Assembly (NCBI RefSeq): GCF_051474125.1
Contig: NZ_CP150338.1
Coordinates: forward strand, 9,350,583-9,414,582
DNA from: Sorangium sp. So ce388
GTDB lineage: Bacteria; Myxococcota_A; Polyangia; Polyangiales; Polyangiaceae
DNA length: 64,000 nucleotides
Direction of reading: 5' to 3'
The notes beneath the pieces were generated by a model. That model did no database searches, was not told the DNA's origin, and was given only the letters and a program-made list of their open reading frames with translations. This document shows, piece by piece, positions 36,674-46,800 of this stretch. A program made the position numbers and the translations under genes. Each line of letters begins with the position of its first letter. Position 1 is the stretch's first letter.

Positions 36674-39600
36674 ATGCAATCGAGCTGGTTACTGGGCGTT
36701 GGCCTGGCCTGCGCGGCGGTGGCGCTGCCAGCGGGAGAGGTCTGGGCGGCCGGAGAGCCGTCCTGGGAGAGCTTGCCCTCGATGATCACCCCGCGCAGCG
36801 GGCACGCGGCCACGTTGCTCCAGGATGGTCGGGTGCTCGTGGCGGGGGGCCACGGCAGCGACGGGACCGTGCTCCTCCGGGAGGCCGAGCTCTACGACCC
36901 GGCGAGCAAGACGTGGGCGCCCGCGGCGCCGCTTCCCAGCGCGCTCCGCGAGGTCGCCGCGACGGCCGTGCTGCCGGACGGGCTGGCGCTCTCGACGGAC
37001 GGCGAGCACGTCGAGGTCTATTCCCCGGATCTCGATCTGTGGAGCGCGGCGGCGCCCCTGACTCCGGCGCTCACGGCGCCCAAGGCCGTGCTCCTCCCGG
37101 GCGGCAAGCTGATGATGCTCGGCGGCGCGTCGGGCTCCCTCGCGGGCAGCATCTATGATGATCTCGCGGGCACATGGACTCCCATCCGATCGCTGAGCGG
37201 CGCGGCCGCCGCGACCGCGACGTTGCTCCAGGACGGCCGCGTGCTCGCGGTGAACAACGGCCGCGGCAACATCTACGATCCGGAGACCGATTCCTGGACA
37301 CCGACCTCCGACTTCGTCAACCGCTACTCGGGGTACCGCGCGACGCGGCTCGCCAGCGGCCACGTCGTCTTCGTGGGCGGCGTCCTGCCCTGGAACCCGC
37401 TCCTCTCGCAGCTTTACCTCCCCGAGGCCGATCTCTGGGTGGCGATCCCGGGGCATGACGTCCCCATCGACATACTCGCTGATTGCGAGCCGGACGCGGA
37501 CTTCGACAGGGGCGTGGCCGTCTCACTGCTTCCCAGCGGACGCGTCCTCCTGACAGGCGGCGTGATGTCGTACTACTGCGCAGCCTACGACGAGAATGGC
37601 CATCCCTGGAACGAGTGGCACCATCACGAATTCAAGATCGCGCCGGAGCTCTATGATCCGGCGAGAGCTTCCTGGGTGCTCCTCGACGTGCGGCCGCGCA
37701 ATCTGATGGATCGCGGGTATCACACGACGACGAGCCTCGACGACGGCAGCGTGCTGATCGCGGGCGGGCTCGTCGCGTCCGGCGCCGCGCTGGTGCCGAC
37801 GGCCTCCGCCATGCTCTTCCACGAGCGCGCGCCGCTCGGAGGGGCCTGCGAGGCCGGCGGCGACTGCGCCAGCGGCTTCTGCGCGGATTCGGTCTGCTGC
37901 GATGCGGCCTGTGCCGGTCCGTGCGACGCGTGCGCGGCCTCGGCCGGGGCCGCGCAGGACGGCGTCTGCACGCCGCTCTCGGGCACGCCCTGCGACGACA
38001 CCGACGCGTGCCTCGAGGGAGGCGTGTGCGAGGCGGGCACCTGCGCTGGCGGCACCCCGGCGCCCGACGGAACCCCGTGCAACGACGGCGAGGTGTGCTC
38101 CGCGACGAGCACGTGCGAGGGGGGCGCCTGCGTCGCGGCGAGCCCGGCGAGCTGCGAGCCGCCGGACGGCTGTCACGAGCCGCCCGCGTGCGATCCTGCG
38201 CTCGGGTGCTCGGGGCCCGCGCCCGAGAAGCCGGACGGCGCGCGCTGCGATGCCGAGGGGACGCCGGACGCCTGGCAGGCCGCGGCGCGGATGCCGAACG
38301 AGATGAAGTACGCGCGCACGGCCACGTTGCTGCAGGACGGCACGGTGCTGGTCCTGGGGACGGAGGATAGCTCTGGCAGCCGCTGGAGGGCGATGCGCTA
38401 CGACCCGAGCATCGACCGATGGCAGCTCATCGAGGGGGTTCTGCCGGTGGTGCGGTCGATCATGTACGCCACGCTGCTGCAGGACGGCACGGTCCTCGTG
38501 GCCAGTCGCGGCCGCGTGGACCGGTTCAACCCGGCCACGGGCGCATGGCAAGCGGCCGCGCCCATGCTCCTGAATCGCACATCGGGCACGGCGACGCGGC
38601 TCCAGGACGGGAGGGTGCTCGTCACGGGGGCCAGCGACGGATCCGCGGAGGTGTATGATCCCGCCGCGGACGTCTGGACCCTGGTCGCCCCCGGGCCTGC
38701 GGGGCTACGGAGTCCCACGGCGACGCTGCTCCAGGACGGCAGAGTGCTCGTCATCGGCGGCGACGACCTCATGGGGCGCGCGGAGGTGTATGACCCGGCG
38801 GCCGACGTCTGGACGCCTGTGGCGTCGATGCTCTCGGCACGCCGGGGGCATCGGGCCACGCTGCTCAACGACGGCAGGGTGCTCGTCCTGGGGGGCAACT
38901 CCGACGGCATCCCCCTCGCGACAGCCGAGCTCTATGATCCGGCGAGCGACACCTGGACGCCAGCGGCGGAGATGGCCATCTGGCGGAATGGGACTCGGGC
39001 CGTGCTCCTCGCCGACGGCAGGGTGCTCGTGACGGGCAATCTGGATGGTATGTACTCGCTCGATTATACGGCTGAGCTATACGATCCGTCGACGGACATC
39101 TGGTCGCCGGGGCCTCGATTGGACATCCCGCTCTCCAACCTCGTGATGGCGCGGCTGGAGGACGGGCGCGTCATGATGGTGGGCGGCGAGCTCGGCGCTG
39201 CGTCCTACCCGTCCCCTCTCGTGCACCTCTATGTTCCTGGGCAGCGTCCGGGCACAGGGGTCTGCCAGGCTGGCGTATGCTTGCCGAGCGCAGGAGGAGA
39301 GGGTGGCGCCGGCGGCAGCGGCGGTGAGGCCAGCGGCGCCGGCGGCAGCGGCGGTGAGGCCAGCGGCGCCGGCGGCGGCGGCGGTGAGGCCAGCGGCGCC
39401 GGCGGCAGCGGCGGTGAGGCCAGCGGCGCCGGCGGCAGCGGCGGTGAGGCCAGCGGCGGTGGCGTGAGCGGCAGCGGAGGCAGCGGAGATGCTGCCAGTG
39501 GTGCTGGCGGCACCGGGGGCGATGCCAGCACGGCTGGCGGCGGTGGCACCACGACCACGAGCGCAGGCCATGGCAGCGGAACGGGCGAAGGGGGCAGCGC

Positions 39601-39787
39601 CGGTGAAACCGGCGCGCAGAGCGGCGCTGGTGGCGGCCTGCCAGGTGGAATCATCGCTGGTTGGTATTGCCAGATGGGGCCCGGAATCCAGGATACACCC
39701 ACATGGCTCGTCCTCTTCGGGGGGCTCGCTGCGCTATGCGCGCGCCGGCGCTCCGCGCGTCACCGCGGCTCCGCGGCTCCGCGGTGA
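36674..39787 (+). CDS. Tandem paralogue of 33368..36478: Kelch/Cys-rich/MYXO-CTERM protein.
   Basis: Same architecture and identical leader. Carries 5 rather than 3 GGSGGEASGAGG units and scattered substitutions in the propeller blades. Confidence 0.8.
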   Translation: MQSSWLLGVGLACAAVALPAGEVWAAGEPSWESLPSMITPRSGHAATLLQDGRVLVAGGHGSDGTVLLREAELYDPASKTWAPAAPLPSALREVAATAVLPDGLALSTDGEHVEVYSPDLDLWSAAAPLTPALTAPKAVLLPGGKLMMLGGASGSLAGSIYDDLAGTWTPIRSLSGAAAATATLLQDGRVLAVNNGRGNIYDPETDSWTPTSDFVNRYSGYRATRLASGHVVFVGGVLPWNPLLSQLYLPEADLWVAIPGHDVPIDILADCEPDADFDRGVAVSLLPSGRVLLTGGVMSYYCAAYDENGHPWNEWHHHEFKIAPELYDPARASWVLLDVRPRNLMDRGYHTTTSLDDGSVLIAGGLVASGAALVPTASAMLFHERAPLGGACEAGGDCASGFCADSVCCDAACAGPCDACAASAGAAQDGVCTPLSGTPCDDTDACLEGGVCEAGTCAGGTPAPDGTPCNDGEVCSATSTCEGGACVAASPASCEPPDGCHEPPACDPALGCSGPAPEKPDGARCDAEGTPDAWQAAARMPNEMKYARTATLLQDGTVLVLGTEDSSGSRWRAMRYDPSIDRWQLIEGVLPVVRSIMYATLLQDGTVLVASRGRVDRFNPATGAWQAAAPMLLNRTSGTATRLQDGRVLVTGASDGSAEVYDPAADVWTLVAPGPAGLRSPTATLLQDGRVLVIGGDDLMGRAEVYDPAADVWTPVASMLSARRGHRATLLNDGRVLVLGGNSDGIPLATAELYDPASDTWTPAAEMAIWRNGTRAVLLADGRVLVTGNLDGMYSLDYTAELYDPSTDIWSPGPRLDIPLSNLVMARLEDGRVMMVGGELGAASYPSPLVHLYVPGQRPGTGVCQAGVCLPSAGGEGGAGGSGGEASGAGGSGGEASGAGGGGGEASGAGGSGGEASGAGGSGGEASGGGVSGSGGSGDAASGAGGTGGDASTAGGGGTTTTSAGHGSGTGEGGSAGETGAQSGAGGGLPGGIIAGWYCQMGPGIQDTPTWLVLFGGLAALCARRRSARHRGSAAPR

Positions 39788-40999
39788 CGCGCCCGCGCAG
39801 CCCGACGTGACGTCGGTCGACAGCAGCGCTTCCATCCGCCATCAACCCAGGGGAATCCACGAGCCGTAGCGTCAGGTGTTCCGTGCCACCCAGCGCGTGC
39901 AGCATGGCTGTACGATGGGACGGCCGCTTCGAGGAGCCTGGCTTTCGGATCGCGCCTGGATTCCCTGGTCCCCCAGAGCGCCTGAGCTAGGCTGGGGACC
40001 TGATGGTCCAGCGAATGTCGGCATCCCCCGAGGGGGGCCAGCGACCGTTGAGCGCGCCGGCACGGTTGAACGGCACGCTGTTCGTCTCGGAGACGCGGAT
40101 GCTCTACGTGGGGCCCCTCGTCGCCACGAGGCGCCATGGAAGCGCACATCGCGAGGTCGTGCGAGCTCCTCGGGCGGGAGCGACGCCGTGGTATCCACGT
40201 ACCAGCGGTCGATGGCCTCGGATGCGCGATCGAGCTCCTCGAGCACGGGAAGGACTGCGCTCTGCGTGGACTTGTAACCGTGCGAGACCCCCTGGAGGTC
40301 GGCCTGAAAGATGCGGCTGACGACGTGGATGTGGTCGAGGAGCCGCAAGATCAAGCCTGCGCCCTTCTCGACTCGAAAGCATCGACGTCGCGAAGGGCGG
40401 CGAAGAGCTGTCGGTTGGCCCACGCAGCGTGAGCGACCAGCGTCTGGATTGGCTGCATCGTCACGCTCCCTCGGACCATTCGAGATTCCCGCGATGCGGC
40501 GTCACGCCGACCATCGAAGGGCAGGTGGTCTGGTGCTCGTCGACGGCCGCATGGCGGACATCGTTGGGGGAGCAGCGCAGCCGCGTGTGTGGGTCGAAGT
40601 GCGTCGGCGCGAGGATCTCGTCATCCGACGCTACCGGGAGATGATGGTTCATACGTCCGAGCGTAGGCGGCGCCCGGCCCCTCTGCTTGAACGCAACGGC
40701 GGACTCGGAGCCGGCGCGCTGACGCTGATCGCAGGGTTCTTCGGTCCTTTCTCGCCGCCTTGAATCCTGTGCTCTCGCGGCGACGAGATCCGATATCTGC
40801 TGCCCGTCGAGCCAGCGGGAGCTCCGACGGCGCGGCGTCCGCGCGTACCGGCTTCGGCGCACGGAGACGTGGATCTCCGATCGGACCGGGCATCGGCGAG
40901 GATTGACTCTCTGGGGGCGAAGTGGTGCATTGCCCTCCGCGGGCCTCACGCGATCGCGCGGCCGGCGCGTCGGGCGAGGGAGGAGGAGGAGCGGAGGCG

Positions 41000-41860
41000 A
41001 TGGCGAAGGATCTCGAGGGCAAGGTCTTTCTGGTGACGGGCGCGACGGAGGGCATCGGCAAGGCGGCAGCGCTGGAGTTCGCGAGGCGGGGCGCGACGCT
41101 CGTGCTCGTCGGGCGGAGCAAGGAGAAGAGCGAGCGCGTCGTCTCCGAGCTCGCGGCGGCGAGCGGCAACGACCGGATCGAGCTCCTGCTCGGCGACCTG
41201 TCGAGGCTGGCCGACGTCCGCGCGGTCGCCGATGCGTTCCGCGCGAAGCACGACCGGCTGGACGTGTTGGTGAACAACGCGGGTGCCTACTTCAAAGAGT
41301 GCAGGCTGAGCGACGACGGCATCGAGATGACGTTCGCGCTGAACCACGTCGCTTATTTCCTGCTGACGACGCGGCTGCTGGACCTCCTGCAGAAGACGCC
41401 GGGCGCGCGGGTGGTCAGCACCTCGAGCGGCGGGCACCGGGTGGGGAAGGTGGACCTCGCCACGATCGCGAAGCGCGACGGGCGCGCGGGCATGCGCGCA
41501 TACAGCGACTCCAAGCTCGCGAACGTCCTGTTCACGCGCGAGCTCGCCCGCCGCCTCGCCGGGTCGGGCGCCACCGCGAACTGCTATCATCCCGGGTTGG
41601 TGCACACGGGCTTCGGCCGCGGCTTCCTCGGCAAGAGCGGCCCCGTGACGAAGTGGCTCGCCGAGCACGCCGGCAGGCTGCTCGCGCGCTCCCCGGAGAA
41701 GGGGGCGGAGACCCTCGTGTGGCTCGCGACGAGCCCCGAGGCCGCGACGTTCAACGGCGAGTATTTCTACGACCGCAAGGTCGCTTCCGTGTCGAAGCTG
41801 GCGCAGGACGACGCGCTCGCGAGAGGGCTGTGGGAGCTGAGCGAGCAGCTGGTCGCGTGA
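41000..41860 (+). CDS. Short-chain dehydrogenase/reductase (SDR) family oxidoreductase.
   Basis: VTGATEGIGKAAA (TGxxxGIG cofactor motif), NNAG, and a YxxxK region (YSDSKLANV). An AGGAGGAGGAG SD precedes the ATG at 41000. Confidence 0.8.
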   Translation: MAKDLEGKVFLVTGATEGIGKAAALEFARRGATLVLVGRSKEKSERVVSELAAASGNDRIELLLGDLSRLADVRAVADAFRAKHDRLDVLVNNAGAYFKECRLSDDGIEMTFALNHVAYFLLTTRLLDLLQKTPGARVVSTSSGGHRVGKVDLATIAKRDGRAGMRAYSDSKLANVLFTRELARRLAGSGATANCYHPGLVHTGFGRGFLGKSGPVTKWLAEHAGRLLARSPEKGAETLVWLATSPEAATFNGEYFYDRKVASVSKLAQDDALARGLWELSEQLVA

Positions 41861-41980
41861 GCCGGACGCGGCGGCCTCCGCGCGCAGCGGCCTGCGCGCG
41901 GCAGCGATGGGGCAGCCGAGCGAGAGAGCGGTGTCGCGAGGGGCGCACGATCGCGGCCCCCGCCTGTATCTTGGATCTCG

Positions 41981-43378
41981 CTACGGGTTCTTGTTCTTGC
42001 TCACGTAGGTAAGGGCCGCGAGGCACATCTCGTCGAGCGTCTCCTCGCCGAGGTGCACGTCCACCGGCGCCGGGAGGTGCCGCTCCTTGAGCGCCTTCGC
42101 GAGGAAGGGGTTGCTCGTGGAGTTGTCGTACACGCAGCGCATCGTGAGCAGATCGCCGCCCCGGAGCCGCGGGAGCTCCTCGACGGGTGCGTCGTAGTAG
42201 TAACCGCGCTGCCACGAGAAATCCCACCTCGGCGTGTGCACAAGGCACAGCTCCGCAGGCTCGCCGGCGGCGGGCGCCTCGCGCGCGAGCGCAACCTTCA
42301 TGTCCTTGCCGACATAATGCATGTGCGTCCCGGCGCCGTAGAGGCGGACTTCCGAGGACGACACCGACGCCGGCATCCGGAACTGCATCGTCTCGACGTG
42401 ATCCTTCGCGCCCGCGGGGATCAGGAACTCGACGCCCTCCGCGTCGTCCGGTCCGGGCAGAAGCCCGCCCCCCTCGGCCAGGGGCGACTCGAAGTTGCCG
42501 ATCAGCGCGACCCCCATGAGGTACTCCGGAACGCCCTGCGTGAAGCGCAGCTGGACGCGCGTCGTGTCGGGCTCGGCGGTCGTCCCCGCCGGGTGATAGT
42601 GCACCTGCATCACCAGCCGCGAGCCCGCGGGCACCGCCGCGCCGATGTTCGGCTCGAGCTCGATCGGCACCCCCCCGGGCGCCCAGGCAGCGATGAGCTG
42701 GCCCGAGAACCCGGGGCCGCCGAAGCAATCGTATCCGCCGTGCTCGTCGGCGAGCGCCGCGGACTCGCCCCCCTCGTCGAGGAAGACGAGCGCGTGGTGC
42801 ACGACCTTGCGGTTGCCCGGGATGACGTGCACGCCGTTCATGTAACGCATCTCCGTCAGCCCGGGGTCCATCACGAAGCACCGGAACTGGTCGGCCTCGC
42901 CGCTCGCGACGAACGGCTCCACCGGCGCGACCTCCAGCTCGGCGCCGGCGAGCCCGCCGGTCCCGGGGACGAACGGGGGCGGCGCTTGCGCGGGATCGCC
43001 CTCCGGGCTGCCCGCGGCGGCCCACGCCTCGAAGGTGGCTATCTCTTCCTCGGTGAGCCGGAGGTCGTCCTTCCAGCCATGAGGCGGCCGGCACGCGTCG
43101 GTCTCGAGCGCGCCCCACGGAGGCATCGTGCCCTGCCGCGTCGTGAGCGCGAGCAGGCTGGCCACCGTGCGCGCCGCCTCGTACGTCGTCAGGCTGAACG
43201 GGGCGATGTTCCCGGGAGAGTGGCAGCCCGTGCAGTGCTCCTGCAACAGCGGCTCGACGTCGCGATGGAACGTCGGTGACGCCGCCGTCGAGCCCGGCTC
43301 CTCCTCGCCTGAACAGCCCAGGAAGAGCGCCGGCGCGAGCGCCAGCAGCATGAGCACGCCAGATGTCGGATGACGCAT
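41981..43378 (-). CDS. Lipoprotein with an N-terminal c-type cytochrome motif and a copper type-II monooxygenase (PHM/DBH)-like domain.
   Basis: Lipobox LFLGC. Heme-binding CTGCH. Downstream HHALVF (HHM-like CuH site) and HYHPAG...HMH (CuM-like His/Met). The assignment rests on these motifs only. Confidence 0.5.
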   Translation of the reverse strand: MRHPTSGVLMLLALAPALFLGCSGEEEPGSTAASPTFHRDVEPLLQEHCTGCHSPGNIAPFSLTTYEAARTVASLLALTTRQGTMPPWGALETDACRPPHGWKDDLRLTEEEIATFEAWAAAGSPEGDPAQAPPPFVPGTGGLAGAELEVAPVEPFVASGEADQFRCFVMDPGLTEMRYMNGVHVIPGNRKVVHHALVFLDEGGESAALADEHGGYDCFGGPGFSGQLIAAWAPGGVPIELEPNIGAAVPAGSRLVMQVHYHPAGTTAEPDTTRVQLRFTQGVPEYLMGVALIGNFESPLAEGGGLLPGPDDAEGVEFLIPAGAKDHVETMQFRMPASVSSSEVRLYGAGTHMHYVGKDMKVALAREAPAAGEPAELCLVHTPRWDFSWQRGYYYDAPVEELPRLRGGDLLTMRCVYDNSTSNPFLAKALKERHLPAPVDVHLGEETLDEMCLAALTYVSKNKNP

Positions 43379-43815
43379 GGATCTCCTCGTCTACCGCGCC
43401 CGCCGCGCAGGCGCTCCGTCGCGGCCATCCATGCCTCATCGCGAGGCGGATCGCCGGATCCATCGGCGCATCCACCTCGAACCGTGGGACAGCTCACCGT
43501 TCAATGCAGCCTCTCGAGGGCGGAGAGAGCCCCTGAGAGACGTCCGTAGCTCCAGGACAGAATCACGGCCCGGCGGCGTCACGCTGGTGCCCGCGCACGG
43601 GCGCGAGCGGCCGAGGACGCCGAGGTCTCAAGAGCGCCGCGCGCGCGTCACGGCGGCTCGCGCCCGCCGGCGTGACGCTGCGCAGCGCGCCGCGAGGTGC
43701 GCTCTCGGCGCGCTGCATCTCGAGAGGAGACGAGGCGCCTTGCGCGGGCGCATCCAGGCATCCGACGCGCGCGAGAGCTGTGGACACGCCAGGGCGCATC
43801 GGGTCCACTCGTCTT

Positions 43816-46800
43816 ATGGCGCGCAACAGGAATTTTCTGCGTCCGCGATTCGAATTTGCCTCGCTGACCGCCCGCCGGACGGCGCCCCTGGTTCCCCTGC
43901 TTGCCTTGCTCGCCTCGCTCGCCGCGATCGGCTGCGCGGGTGGCTCGGAGGTCACGACCGTGGCGTCGTCCGGGGCCGGTGGCGCGGGCGGCAGCGGCGG
44001 CAGCGGCGGCGCGGGCGGCAGCGGCGCGGGCGGCGGCGGCGGCGCCGGGGGCGCGCCGAGCGGGAAGCTCGAGCTCTGCGTGCTCAACGACGGAGGGCCG
44101 ACGGACGCGTGCGCGAGCCCCGAGGTCCTCGACTTCGAGTCGGTGCCCCCGGGCAGGCAGCGGACACGCCTGTTCCGCGTCGAGAACCAGACCGCGGAGG
44201 AGGTCACGTTCACCGAGGCGAGCATCGCCAGCGCCGATTTCGCCGTCGAGGCGGTGCGCTACGAGCCGGATCCATCGAGCCCGGGCGCGTGGACGCGCGC
44301 CGTCGCGCCGCTGCCCGCCCAGAGCGAGCCGGGCGGCGCGCTCTACTTCGAGGTGACGTTCACCTCCGACGGCGCCGCGGGGCCGCTGCCCGCCGACCGG
44401 GTGATCGTGGAGGCCGACGTCGGCGACGCCCACGCGCCCGACGTCGTGGTGCCCGTCATCGGCCGCTCGAACAGCTGTCCCGTGGGGACCGGGGCCTGCG
44501 ACGACGAGCCGGACAACGGCTGTGAGACCGACCTCCTGACCAGCGCCGCCCACTGCGGCGCGTGCAGCCAGCTCTGCGTCTCGCCGAACGGGACCACCGG
44601 CTGCATCGACGGGATCTGCACGGTCTCCTCGTGCACCACCCCCCACGCCGACTGCGATGGGAACGCCACGAACGGCTGCGAGACCAACCTGCTGACCGAC
44701 GTGGAGGCGTGCGGCGCCTGCGGGACGAGCTGTCTCAAGGAGCACACCGAGTCGTTCTGCAACGGGGGCAACTGCAACATCATCGGCTGCGCCCCGGACC
44801 ACGCCGACTGCGACCTCGACCCGCTGACCGGCTGCGAGACCGACCTCCTGACCAGCGCGGCCCACTGCGGCGGCTGCAACGTCGCCTGCGACTTCGCCCA
44901 CGCGAGCGAGACGTGCGCGGCGGGCGAGTGCGCGTTCGGGGCGTGCGACGCCGGCTACGCCGACTGCGACGGCGACCTGACGAACGGCTGCGAGGCGAAC
45001 CTCGGGGCGAGCCTCGCCCATTGCGGCGCCTGCGGGGCCGCGTGCAGCTACCCGGGCGCGGCCGAGGCCTGCCTCGCGGGCACCTGTGTCATGGGCGCCT
45101 GCGACGCCGGCCACGCCAACTGCGACGGCGAGGCGGCGAACGGCTGCGAGGTCAACACGGGCACGAGCCTCGCCAACTGCGGCGGCTGCAACATCGCGTG
45201 CGCGCTCCCGAACGCCGCCGAGTCGTGCCTCGGCGGCACCTGCGTGCTCGGCGCCTGCGAGGCCGGCCACGCCAACTGCGACGGCGAGGCGGCGAACGGC
45301 TGCGAGGTCGACACGGGCACGAGCCTCGCCAACTGCGGCGCCTGCGGCGCCACGTGCGCCCTCGCGAACGCCTCCGAGTCGTGCGTCGGCGGCGCCTGCG
45401 TGCTCGGCGCCTGCGCCGCCGGGTACGCGAACTGCGACGACGAGGCGGCGAACGGCTGCGAGATCAACACGGGCACGAGCCTCGCCAACTGCGGCGCCTG
45501 CGGCGCCACGTGCGCCGTGGCGAACGCCGCGGAGTCGTGCCTCGCCGGGACGTGCGTGATGGGCGCGTGCGACCCGGGGTTCGCGAACTGCAACGCGAGC
45601 GCGCTCGACGGCTGCGAGGTCAACACGGCGAGCGATCCGGCGAACTGCGGCGGCTGCAACCTCGCGTGCGCCCTCGCGAACGCGTCCGAGACGTGCCTCG
45701 CCGGCACCTGCGTGCTCACCGGCTGCGAGGCCGGCTTCGCGAACTGCGACGACGCCCCGGCGAACGGGTGCGAGATCGACACGCGCACCAGCGTCGCGAA
45801 CTGCGGCGCCTGCGGCGCGGCGTGCGACCTCGCCAACGCCTCCGAGGCGTGCGTCTCCGGGACCTGCGACCTCGTCGCCTGCAACGCGGGGTTCGCGAGC
45901 TGCAACGGCGACGAGGCCGACGGGTGCGAGGTCAACACCGCGTCGGATCCGGCCAACTGCGGCGCCTGCGGCGCGGACTGCGCCGCGGCGATGCCGCACG
46001 CGACGGTCGGGTGCGGCGCCGGGGCGTGCACGTTCGGCGGTTGCCTGCCGGGCTTCTACAACCTCGACGGGTCGCTCGCGAACGGCTGCGAGTACGCGTG
46101 CACGTTCGTGAGCGACGAGGACCGGCCCGACGACGGCTTCGTCGACGCGAACTGCGACGGGATCGACGGCGACGCGCGCCTCGCGATCTTCGTGGCGGTG
46201 ACCGGGAGCGACGCCAACCCGGGCACGCAGCGCGCGCCGAAGGCCACGGTCGTGGGCGGCATCAACGAGGCGGTGCTGACCGGCAAGACGCAGGTCTACA
46301 TCTCGCAGGGGACGTACGTCGGCCGCGTCAGCCTCTCGAGCGGCGTGTCGCTCTACGGCGGCTACAACGCGGCGGCCGGCTGGGCGCGCTCGGCCGCCTC
46401 GTCCGCCGTCATCCGCTCGGGGAGCACGACCGGCGGCTACGTCGCGGCGGTCGAGGGCCAGAACATCAACACGCCCACGACGCTCGACCGGCTGACGATC
46501 CAGACCTCGGACGCGACGCTGGCCGGCGCGTCGAACTACGCGATGCGCTGCGTGAGCTGCACGGGCGTGACGCTGCGGAACAGCCGGCTGGAGGCCGGCG
46601 CGGCGGGGCCGGGCGCGGCGGGCAGCAACGGCGCGACCGGGGCGGCGGGCGGCAACGGCGCGACCGGCGGGGCGGGCAGCTGCGACGGCGCCGGCACGCG
46701 CCTCGGCGGCGCGGGCGGCACGTCGACGTGCGGGCGCACCGGCGGCAACGGCGGCAACGGCGGCCCCGAGGGGGAGAGGGCGGGCAGCGGCGGCTCCGTC

